A stretch of DNA of 64,000 bases from Verrucomicrobia bacterium UBA6614 (GTDB lineage: Bacteria; Verrucomicrobiota; Verrucomicrobiia; Limisphaerales; UBA1100): assembly GCA_002433235.1 (NCBI GenBank), contig DJHS01000054.1, forward strand, positions 17,918 to 81,917, read 5' to 3'. The position numbers and the translations under genes are program-made. The notes under the pieces were generated by a model that did not search any database, was not told the origin of the DNA, and worked only from the letters and a program-made list of their open reading frames with translations. Shown piece after piece: positions 9,001 through 17,400 of the stretch (positions are counted from its first letter, which is position 1; every line of letters starts with the position of its first letter).

Positions 9001-9428
9001 ATTTTTATATTTATTTTTTCAGCGACAAGACGGATGGGATGGATGAGGGAAGAATGGTCTCCGCTACGCCGGGCAATATCAGCAGCACGGGAGGCTGGGT
9101 GAACAGCATGTCGCCCAGTGGATTGACCAACCCGCGCGACGCGCTGAAGGATGCCTTTGCTAAGCTGAAGCCATCCACGATCTGGCTCTTGTCCGACGGT
9201 AAGTTTACCACCGTCAAGCAGGACAACCGCACCGGCAAGGGAAAGACCCGTTTGGTGAAGAAATTGCCGCCGGTCCTGAAGGTGATTCGTGGCCTGAACC
9301 CGAACGGCAATGTGAGAATCAATACGATCGGTTTCGCGGCGAACCAAGGCGATGTGGATGAATCGCTGAAGGAAATTGCCGAGGAAAACGACGGTGTCTA
9401 CACGTTCATCCGCTCGGGCGGCCGTTAG
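6042..9428 (+). CDS. membrane-anchored protein with a ~700-aa S/A/G/T-rich tandem-repeat spacer, a Pro-rich segment and a C-terminal von Willebrand factor A domain
   Basis: ORF 5826..9428. The ATG at 6042 (MKLQLRG...) avoids overlap with exbD. It has one TM helix (VVFGLVVLFISAIFTGWYIY), nine 74-79-aa repeats and RPPPPPPVQVAQAKPEE. The vWA domain has a MIDAS DxSxS motif (DRSSS, nt 8910-8924). Confidence 0.85.
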   Translation: MKLQLRGIWNIIEWGFEYLADRLGIRRRHVVFGLVVLFISAIFTGWYIYEKNWTIIGTKRTGGTRKVLTLALDGEASAVQQMSQEIRSSILETPMAAASSQSAAQSNSGASAAARSTPQNTDAQSAAAAGASSPSAPAAAGATSNFTPTVSSSSSARVESGQARAENSQQMQPASTQSVAQQASGINAARSTPQSTSSQSAAAANAPSSSAATASGASDSLAPTAASAQARVVTGQARAETSQQMTAPSSQSTAQSAIGSNAARSTPQDASAQSASAASSATPNSLSASGASASIAPSASSARAVDSSVAATGARAETSQKMASATSQSISQSATGLNAARSSPQSSGAQSAASASSAASQNNPTASATGASTAFTPSNSGARASTSAVQSNSARADSSSQSMSGAASQSMAQASSSAQGTARNSPAGGASHASGSANARSASTTVSGSGASGAFVPSASGMRASASSVQSNGARAETGRAMSGASSRSLAHASTSAGGATRNSPAATASQTGGSAAARNATTAVSGSGAGATFSPSASGARASVSAVRSNGARAVAGRSMSGASSQSMARASSGSGGAARNSPAASAGAAGGSAQASNAAAAVSGSGIRGSFSPSASGARAATSGIHSGMARAVAGRSMSGVSSQSMAQASTNAQGSARNSPVGATGQPTGSASAINVASSVSGAGTSATFAPSVSGLRASASGVRTNPARAVAGRTMARAPSQNFAQATANALNSARVGPAAMSSRMAGSARASNPSTAVAGTGASASFRPSLADGSATQVASARPSGGSTPKPTPTPGGSRLGGDAVNTDQVMIQVDTQSLSRPVEDFTSVRSRPVSAFRPRTVSSASSAVASVPEQTNNTPGTFTPTAAPVRRPVPTLVDVRPPPPPPVQVAQAKPEEIEPVRTRPVATPPESVQDNTTPDSNEGLSAVEIFRTQGFNTRAEGKGKDFVFIIDRSSSMSEDDRLNAAKQALTRSLEKMGPEENFYIYFFSDKTDGMDEGRMVSATPGNISSTGGWVNSMSPSGLTNPRDALKDAFAKLKPSTIWLLSDGKFTTVKQDNRTGKGKTRLVKKLPPVLKVIRGLNPNGNVRINTIGFAANQGDVDESLKEIAEENDGVYTFIRSGGR
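6280..8400 (+). repeat. in-frame tandem repeat, 9 units of 222-237 nt
   Basis: Repeat landmarks A(A/T)R(S/N)(T/S)PQ/PA recur nine times. Later units are nearly identical at the DNA level (GCCGATCGATGTCTGGGG.CTCCTCGCAATCCATGGC at 7714 and 7951, a 237-nt period). Confidence 0.85.
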
Positions 9429-9502
9429 GAGGCTGCCCATTGACGGTGCTTCTTCTCCTAAGTTTTCCAAACTTTCAATCTCCCCCTTGCATTTTCACGG
9501 AC

Positions 9503-9625
9503 TGTGAATAAGTTTGGAATAGATTAGTGCTGATGATCCCCGACCTGTGCCGACTAATGGGTGCGGTTTGACCATCTCTGGCCGGGTTTCAGGTGAAGTT
9601 GTGGCTTTAGGGAGGCGTCCAAACC
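9503..9625 (+). promoter_or_regulatory. conserved non-coding leader element, copy 2 of 2, upstream of Tol-like cassette B
   Basis: See 1819..1940. By hand count, 48 of the first 60 aligned positions are identical. It lies in a 325-nt intergenic region, 128 nt upstream of the ATG at 9754. Confidence 0.6.
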
Positions 9626-9753
9626 TTCGTTGATAACCCCGTGCCTTGATGGCGTGAACAACTTGTTTAATGTGAACAGGCTTGGGGTTTGGAATAAACG
9701 GTGCTGGAAAAAATTTTCGGTTGCGAAAATTCAAACTCCTACGAGATTAGACT

Positions 9754-12700
9754 ATGCAGACCTCTTCCCTCCCTCCTTTTAAAGAGGGCCGCAAGGCCCG
9801 TGGTGTCGGCGCGCGTGCGCGCCGGTTCGTTTTCCAATGCCTGCTAGGCGCGCTGATGATGTTGCTGGCATTGCCGGCTGCCGCGCAGCAGGACAAGAAG
9901 AAGGATCCCGCGCTGGAGAAATACTTCAACGCCAACGGGCTCTTCAACCGCAAGTTGTATCCGCTGGCGGCGGAGGAGTACGAGGATTTCCTGAAGACGT
10001 ACAAGGATCATCCCAAGACAAAGGACGTGGAGTTTGGCCTTGGGCTGTCCTACTATGGGATGAAAAAATTTGACGCAGCCGCGCCGTTGCTCAAGAAGCT
10101 GGCGGGCGACAAGAATTCCCCCCGCGCGCTGCTGGTTCACCTGTATCTCGGCAACTCCCTGCGCGAGTTGAAAAAGCCCGTGGAGGCGGAGTCTGTCTTT
10201 AAGGATGGTTTGGGCATCAAGGGCGGTGCGGAAAATGCACAATTGCGCAAGGGGCTGCTGGAATGCCTGTTCGACCAGAAAAAGTGGAAGCAGGTGATTC
10301 CCGAGGCGGAAAAGCTGGCGGGTCAGCCTGGTGCCGTGGGGGTGCGGGCAAGTTACCAGGGTGGTATTGCGCGGTTTGAACAGGGAGATTTCAAGGAGGC
10401 GGCGCAAGTGCTGGAGGTGTTAAAGGGTAAGGTGAAAGGCAATGAGGACTACGAGCAGACGACGCTGTACATGCTCGCGGAATCCCGCCGTGAATTGAAG
10501 GAGTTTGACGCCGCGGTGGCGGCTTATGAGGCGGCAGCGGATTTAAAGACGCGCAAGGAGGTGACGGCGGATGCGTTGTACCGTCTGGGCCGTGTCCGGT
10601 TCGATTCGCTGAAGGAATATCCGCAAGCGGCGGAGGCGTTCGGGAAATTCACGCGCGATTTTAAAGGGCACAAGTTGGCGGTGGATGCCGGGGTTTATCT
10701 GGGGCGTTCCCAACTGGAGGCTGGGGAATTTGCCAAAGCGGAGAACGTGTTTGGGGGGTTGGCCGGGGACAACGCATTGATCATTGAGGTTCCGCTGTGG
10801 CAGGCCCGGACATTTTTCCGGCAAAAGAAACACACGGAAGCGGTCAAGGTGCTGGAGGCGGTCAAGGGCAAATTTGCAAACAACGAGAAGCTTCCTGAGT
10901 TGTTGTTTGACCTAGGCAACAATCACTATGAGTTGAACGCGTTTCCGGAGGCGTCCAAGGCGTTCCAGACCCTGATTGCGGATCACGGCACATTTCCGCA
11001 AATGGATGACGCCATGAGGCTTTGCGCTGATTCGTTGCATCGGGAGAAAAAGTATGGAGCCAGCCATGACTTGTGCGGTGAATTCCTGAGCAAATATCCC
11101 AATGACAAGAAGGCTGGTGATGTGGCTTTTCTCCAGTGCGAGAACCTGTTTCTGCAGGACAAGTACAAGGAGGCTGTGGACGGCTTCAAGACGTTTGCGG
11201 ACAAGTACAGCGGTCATCCGCAGGCGGCGGCGGCGAACTATCGCATCGGCAGTTCCCATTACAATCAAAAGGAGTGGATGGAGGCGTTGAAGGTGCTTGA
11301 GCCCTTGGCGCGTGATGAAAAAGTGCGGTCCCGCTTTAAACAAATTGACTACCTTGTGGGTGACTGCAAGTTTCGGACAAAGCAGTGGGCTGCGGCAATC
11401 AAGTCATTCGAGCAATTTGTGGAAGCCAGCCCCGAGGGAGAGAATGCGGACGCGGCATTGCTGATGAGCGGGCTGGCCAGCCAGCAGGCGAAGGATACCA
11501 AGACGGCCATCGCTACGCTGACCAAGCTGACGGACAATTATTCCGGAAGCAGCCAGTTGGCCCAAGCCTATGTGGAAATTGGCAGAATGCAGTATTTGGA
11601 AAAGGAACTGGGCAAGGCACGCGTGGCGCTGGAGGTGGTGAAGGCGCGCCACAATGAGAGCAAGTGGTTGCCTGATGCGGAATATTACTTGGGATTCGTG
11701 GCGCGGGATGAAAACAAACTGGCTGAGGCCGAGAACCATTTTGCGGTGGTGGCGGACCGGCATGCCAAGCACAACTTCGCCGGGGATTCACGCTTCCAAC
11801 AGGGCATCGTCCTTTTGCAGCAGGAAGACTTCAAGGTGGCCCAGGGAGCGCTCGAAAAGCTGCTGGTTGACTATCCAAAGTACAACAAGCTGGACGAAGC
11901 GACCTACCGTCTTGGCTGGGCGCTGGAACAACAAGAGGACTGGGATGCGGCGCTCAAGGAATACTCCAAGGTGGCCGGAGTGAAGGCGGATGGCGACTGG
12001 ATTGACAACGCGTTGTACCAGTCCGCCTGGTGCGAGAAGGGTGCGGGCCGTGATGCCATGGCGATGGAGACCTACAAGAAACTGCTGGCCGAGCATCCGC
12101 AAAGCGACCTGGTGAATCGCGGCAGCTTTGAACTGGCGGAATTGGAGTTTCAGGCCAAGATGTATACGGAAGCTGCCGACCGCCTGTCCGGGTTGCTGAA
12201 ATTGGCAAAGGATGCGGGGTTGAAATCGCGCGCGCAGTACCGGCTGGCTTGGTCCAAGTTTGAGCTGGAGGAATTTGCATCGGCGGCCACGGCATTTGAG
12301 GATTTTGGTGGCATGTTGCCGAACAATCCACCGCAGACATTAAAGGATCTTACCGGCACGGCTGCTTATCAGGCGGGTGAGGCAAGGATGAAACTTGCGG
12401 AAGCGGCGGGTGCGGATGCCGACCGGGCAGCCAGCTACAAGGCCGCGCAGGCCAACTATGAGAAGGCTGTGGCCGAGAAAAATGGCGGTGAGGTGGTCCA
12501 GTCGCAGTCCCTGCTGCGACTTGGAGAATGCCAGGGCCGCCTGGACAACTGGAAGGATTCACAGTCGACCCACGAGCGGTTCATCCAGGCTTTCCCTGGG
12601 CATCGGCTAGTGCGCAATGCCTGGCAGGGCCTCGGGTGGGCGCAGGAAAACCAAGGCGACATTGCCGCAGCAATCACCAGTTACCAGAAGGTGACCGCGG

Positions 12701-13023
12701 AATTGAGAAAGGATGAACTGGGCGCCCGTGCACAATTCCATATCGGTGAATGTCACCTGAAGCTGGCCCGGAAAACGGACGACACCGACGGGAAAGCGGA
12801 TGCCTTTAAGTCTGCCATCAAGGCTTATGCCTATGTGGAGGCTAATTATCCGGAAGAAGTCAGCGAGGAAAAAGGCGCGTGGCAGGCGAGATCAATGCTT
12901 GGCATGGCCACCGCTCTGGACGAGAGCGGCAGTGGCGAGGCGGCACAATCGATTTTAAAGGAGCTGATTGGCAAATATCCAAAGTCCAACGCTGCGACAA
13001 TTGCAAAGAGCCGCATCAAGTAG
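9754..13023 (+). CDS. giant periplasmic TPR-repeat protein (YbgF/CpoB-like repeats), cassette B
   Basis: 1089 aa with a signal peptide (LLGALMMLLALPAAAQQ) and TPR periodicity throughout. Paralog of 1987..4725. Confidence 0.85.
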   Translation: MQTSSLPPFKEGRKARGVGARARRFVFQCLLGALMMLLALPAAAQQDKKKDPALEKYFNANGLFNRKLYPLAAEEYEDFLKTYKDHPKTKDVEFGLGLSYYGMKKFDAAAPLLKKLAGDKNSPRALLVHLYLGNSLRELKKPVEAESVFKDGLGIKGGAENAQLRKGLLECLFDQKKWKQVIPEAEKLAGQPGAVGVRASYQGGIARFEQGDFKEAAQVLEVLKGKVKGNEDYEQTTLYMLAESRRELKEFDAAVAAYEAAADLKTRKEVTADALYRLGRVRFDSLKEYPQAAEAFGKFTRDFKGHKLAVDAGVYLGRSQLEAGEFAKAENVFGGLAGDNALIIEVPLWQARTFFRQKKHTEAVKVLEAVKGKFANNEKLPELLFDLGNNHYELNAFPEASKAFQTLIADHGTFPQMDDAMRLCADSLHREKKYGASHDLCGEFLSKYPNDKKAGDVAFLQCENLFLQDKYKEAVDGFKTFADKYSGHPQAAAANYRIGSSHYNQKEWMEALKVLEPLARDEKVRSRFKQIDYLVGDCKFRTKQWAAAIKSFEQFVEASPEGENADAALLMSGLASQQAKDTKTAIATLTKLTDNYSGSSQLAQAYVEIGRMQYLEKELGKARVALEVVKARHNESKWLPDAEYYLGFVARDENKLAEAENHFAVVADRHAKHNFAGDSRFQQGIVLLQQEDFKVAQGALEKLLVDYPKYNKLDEATYRLGWALEQQEDWDAALKEYSKVAGVKADGDWIDNALYQSAWCEKGAGRDAMAMETYKKLLAEHPQSDLVNRGSFELAELEFQAKMYTEAADRLSGLLKLAKDAGLKSRAQYRLAWSKFELEEFASAATAFEDFGGMLPNNPPQTLKDLTGTAAYQAGEARMKLAEAAGADADRAASYKAAQANYEKAVAEKNGGEVVQSQSLLRLGECQGRLDNWKDSQSTHERFIQAFPGHRLVRNAWQGLGWAQENQGDIAAAITSYQKVTAELRKDELGARAQFHIGECHLKLARKTDDTDGKADAFKSAIKAYAYVEANYPEEVSEEKGAWQARSMLGMATALDESGSGEAAQSILKELIGKYPKSNAATIAKSRIK

Positions 13024-13096
13024 GAGCGACCGGGATACTGGCCCAAATAAAGGACCGGGAACCCAACCCAAAACCCAGACTGTGCAGATTCATAAA

Positions 13097-14044
13097 ATGA
13101 ACCCCGAAAAAAAATCCCCCCGCGAAATTTTGCGGCGGCGGCTGGCGTGGTTTAACGCCGGCATGGCCGCTGTGTGGTTGTTCTTTTGCGTTGGCCTGAC
13201 CCAGGCTTGGACAGCGCCTCCGGCCGCCGCCCCGGCGCCTGGTGCACAACCGGCCAATCCGGTGCCGGCCAATCCCCAGCCGGCTCCAAGTGATGATGCG
13301 GGAACTACGGGCGGCAAAGGCCAGCCGAAAAATTTTTGGGAACTGCTGGTCGCGGGTGGCCCCGTGATGATTCCATTGGCGATCTTTTCCATTGTGGGCT
13401 TGGCCAGCTCCTTCGAGCGCGCCATCAGCCTGTCGCGGGACCGGGTGGTGCCAGGTGGTTTCCTTGCCGGCTTGAAGGAGAAAATCTCGGGAGGCAACGT
13501 GAAGGCTGGCGTCAGCTACTGCGAGCAGGAAGGCCGGGAGACGCCCTTGGGCGAGATGATGAAAGCCGGGCTGGAGAAGGCGCATCAGGGAACCGAACAG
13601 GTTGAAAAGGCCGTGGAAGAGGCGGGCATCCGCGGGGCGGATCGCATGAAGCGCAGCCTGCGGCTGATCAGCCTGGTGGTGGCTATTGCCCCGCTGCTTG
13701 GGCTGGTGGGGACGGTTTACGGGATGATTGACGCCTTCCGTGACCTGAGTAATTTGCAAGAGGGCGCGAGCAAATCTGATGCGTTGTCAGCGGGCATTTA
13801 CGTGGCGTTGGTAACCACCGCCACGGGCCTGACCATCGCGATTCCCTTTCTTGCGGTGTATCATTTTTTGTCCTCCAAGGTGGACCGGTTAGTTGAGGAC
13901 ATGAGCATTGAGGCGCGCCGTTTCATCGACATCTGTCCGACTGGCGACCAAGTCGCCATCGCTGCGGCAGAACCGGCCGCCAGCGAGGGCGATGCTGGCG
14001 ATGACACTTCGCAGTCCGTTGAATCCCCCGCGCTTGCATCATGA
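13097..14044 (+). CDS. MotA/TolQ/ExbB-family proton channel, cassette B
   Basis: PLLGLVGTVYGMIDAF and IYVALVTTATGLTIAIPFLAVYHFL. The ATG at 13097 (MNPEKK...) is preferred over the ORF-track start at 12968, which overlaps the TPR gene. Confidence 0.9.
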   Translation: MNPEKKSPREILRRRLAWFNAGMAAVWLFFCVGLTQAWTAPPAAAPAPGAQPANPVPANPQPAPSDDAGTTGGKGQPKNFWELLVAGGPVMIPLAIFSIVGLASSFERAISLSRDRVVPGGFLAGLKEKISGGNVKAGVSYCEQEGRETPLGEMMKAGLEKAHQGTEQVEKAVEEAGIRGADRMKRSLRLISLVVAIAPLLGLVGTVYGMIDAFRDLSNLQEGASKSDALSAGIYVALVTTATGLTIAIPFLAVYHFLSSKVDRLVEDMSIEARRFIDICPTGDQVAIAAAEPAASEGDAGDDTSQSVESPALAS

Positions 14045-14448
14045 AAATCCGCGCCTCCAGTGACGCTGAAGCCAAGATGGAGATCACTCCGTTGATCGAC
14101 ATCCTGTTCACGCTGATCATCTTTTTCCTCGCTACCTCCACTTTTCAGGAGGAGGAAAATCCCGAGGACATCAATCTGCCCGACAGCACCCGCAAACCCT
14201 CCACCAAGCAGGAGAAATTCCTGGTCATCAACGTTCGTCAAAATGGCGAGATTCAGTTGGGCGATGCGGTGGTGAAGATGGATGTGCTGCGCGCGGCGTT
14301 GAAGCGGGAGCACACGGCAAATCCCACCACCAAGGTAAAGATTCGCGGCGACAATGCTGCTTTGCACGGCAAGGTTTCCGGCGTGCTGCTTGCCTGCAAA
14401 AACGCTGGTTTTGAAACCGCCAACATTGCGTACCACATTGAGCAGTGA
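14041..14448 (+). CDS. ExbD/TolR-family protein, cassette B
   Basis: TPLIDILFTLIIFFLATSTFQ is almost identical to the cassette A copy. ATGA start/stop overlap with the upstream ExbB gene. Confidence 0.9.
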   Translation: MKIRASSDAEAKMEITPLIDILFTLIIFFLATSTFQEEENPEDINLPDSTRKPSTKQEKFLVINVRQNGEIQLGDAVVKMDVLRAALKREHTANPTTKVKIRGDNAALHGKVSGVLLACKNAGFETANIAYHIEQ

Positions 14449-17400
14449 GTGAAGATTCTCCAGAAGCCAATACCAAGGCGCCGAGGTTGAGGACCAGACA
14501 CTGGGTTGTCGGCGCGTCGTGTCTGGCCGTGGCGATGCTGGCTTGGGTCCTGTGGCCAGCGGGCACCAAGACGGTTTATACCGACAATATCTCCGCCCGT
14601 GTTGATGCTGAGGATGTCACCCTGCGTGATGTTATTTGGGAACATCCCACGCCCGTGTTTCCCGGCAATCGTGACGAGGATGAACGGTATGATCCCGATG
14701 TGTCCGCCGACAATCTGACATTGGTCTTCGTCAAGGGCCGACCTGGCGAAGGGGCGGACCTATTTGTTGCCAAGCGCGAGGGGGAAGGCTGGGGTGAGGC
14801 CAGGTCGCTTGAGGATTTAAACACTGAATATGATGAACTGGGCCCCTCGTTCAGCCGGGATGGCAAGTGGTTGTTCTTCTATTCCAACCGTTCGGGAGGC
14901 TTGGGTGGCTATGATATCTGGGTATCCCGGCTTGGCGATTCAGGGTGGGAAGAACCGGTCAATCTTGGCCCCGCCATTAACACCGCTCATCACGAAATCG
15001 ATCCCACCGTGCACGATGCGCCCGTTGGTCGGATCGCTAAGGAAAACGAGACCCAAGGCGAGCCCGGATGGCAGGTTAAGGACCTCTATTTTGCGTCCAG
15101 CAGACCGCTTGGGGATTCAGCACCTCCACGCTGGAGAGGCACAGCGCGTGAGCAGGCTGTCCCGAGGGGAGATTTCAATTTGTTTCATGCCACCAACGAT
15201 GCAGCTGAGGGGCTGCAATTCACCGACGCCTCTCCGTTGTCAGCCTTGAACACAAAGGGGGATGACGCCCAGCCCACCATTACGCGGCGCGGCAACTATC
15301 TTTACTTTTCCTCCAACGGCCGCGGTGGCGCTGGAGGATTTGACCTGTTTCGCAGCCGTATTGAACGGAGGGCGTTCAAGGTGGTTGAGTTGCTGGACCG
15401 CAGCGTCAACACGCCCGCCAACGAAACCGACCCCACCCTGTTTCGAGACGGGCATCGTCTGGTGTTCAGTTCCGACCGTGCCCCGCATGGCCCCCGTTAT
15501 CAATTGTACGAGACTATCACCCGTGAGGTTTTTCCAATGGCCGAGGCGCCAGCGAAGGAACAGCCGGCTGTAGGCGGTGGCTTTCTGGATTTGTTCGAGA
15601 AATACAAGTGGTGGTTCGCGCTTCTGTTGTTGTCACTGTTGGCCCTGCTCGCGTTGTTGAAGAGTATGGCCAACGAGTCCCGTCGCGCACAGCTTTCCCT
15701 GATGCAGCGTTGCCTGCTGGGTTCCCTTGGCTTGCACATGTTGCTCGCGTTTTTGCTCAGCCTGTGGCTCATCTCCGAGGCCATTTACAAGCACGTCAAG
15801 GAACAGGTCGTTGAAATCACGCTGACCAATGACGACGAGGCCAGGCAAGAGGAGGAGGAGGCATTAAACAAACCCGTGCAAGCAAACCTCGCCCAAGCTT
15901 CGGCACAACTGCCCACCCCACGGGAGCCGAATACACCGTCAGATCCGGATGCCCAACCCGTTGAGCCGACCCCGCCCAACGTGGATACCACACAAGTGAA
16001 GCCGGATGAAATGGCTATCAAGCCACCCGAGGTCACGCTTCCTGACACCGAACCTGAAACCCTACGCACGCCGCAGTTGCCTACCGATTCCAATCAGCCG
16101 GCAACGCCGCAATTGCCCCGTGAATTGCTCGAGACTGCTCAGGTTACACCGGCTGCGGCCAGTCCGAAAGCCGCACCTGTGCCTAACGACCTGAAGGTAA
16201 ACCCTTCCCCACAGCAGCAGACTGCGGCTAATCCCGCCAGCACCAGCGCCCAGGCCCCCACTCCCGCCACTCAAAATCCAGCCACCGCAAAGCCGCTGGA
16301 ACAAACCGCCAACACAAGGGTCAACACCGAACGCTTAACTCCGGTTGAATCCGAGCAGTCCCTGCCCAAGCTCGAGGTGTCCGTGAACAAGGAACAACTT
16401 GAGCAATCGCATAAGACAACTGCCGATTCCAGCCAAAAAATGGTTAACGCCAGCGACAATCAGCAGGTCAAGGCCCAGCCATCAGAAACTCCGAGAACCC
16501 AGCCCGCGGCGACAAACACCCAAACGCCCGCGTCCCAGCCTGTGAAAGCGGCTCAGTCTCTTCCAAAAGAACAATCTCTGGAATCAATGGCTAGTTTGCC
16601 TACGCTGGAGACATCCCAACCCGCCAGCCAGCCAGACACCAGTCCGGCAACCCAAGCTTCGGCTGTGAAGCAGGAAACCAACACCACATCCGCCGCTTCA
16701 ACGCGCAAATTGGCAAATGCTTCCAGCGCCCAATCCTTGCCCAAGCAACCGACACAGGCCGCCACCGCCCGCCCCGAGCCACGAGAAGCCCTCAATACCG
16801 TTAATGTCCAGACCCAAAATACCACAACCGCCACCAAGGAATCAGCCATTGAATCCGCTTCAAAGCCCGCAAACGCGGTCAATCCCAATGCGCCGGCCGC
16901 GGTGCCGAAGGCTGAAGCTGCGCAAGTCTCCTCTGTAAAGCAGACCACAACGTCCAACACCGTAGAGGCTGCACAAACGCTCGAGCAGGCAACAGCCACT
17001 CAGCCACTTGTCCAGCAACCGGCTCCATCCTCAACTAGCAACGCTACTCCAACCGAAGCAAAATCCCAACCGGTAGAGGCCACTCCAGCCGCGTCACAAA
17101 GTGTGGCAGCTAAGGAGACGTCAGCACAAACCGAGGCAACGGAAGCCGCCCTCCACAAGAACAGCCAAGCATCTCCCAAGGCCGCAACCGTAGACACCAA
17201 TTCTATTGCCATGGAACAGAACCAGACGGCCGCCGAGCAGGGCAGTCAACTGTCTCATGCGGCCAGCCAGCAGACCGTTGCTCCGCAGTCCACGCCCAAT
17301 GCGCAGTCGGCACCCGCTCAAGCAAGTGTTAAAGCTGCGCAATCCACGCCCATCAATGCCCAGACCACCGCACAAACCCAGCAAGCCACTCAAACCCCCA

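Noticed and set aside
9495-9734. A 79-aa minus-strand ORF inside the long intergenic region that contains leader copy 2
   Set aside because: It has no RBS or motifs. It overlaps the conserved element, whose conservation pattern (blocks with indels not in multiples of three) is non-coding.
12968-13096. An upstream start for ExbB of cassette B that overlaps the TPR gene
   Set aside because: The extension is hydrophilic and has no counterpart in the paralog. The ATG at 13097 precedes the signal-like helix.
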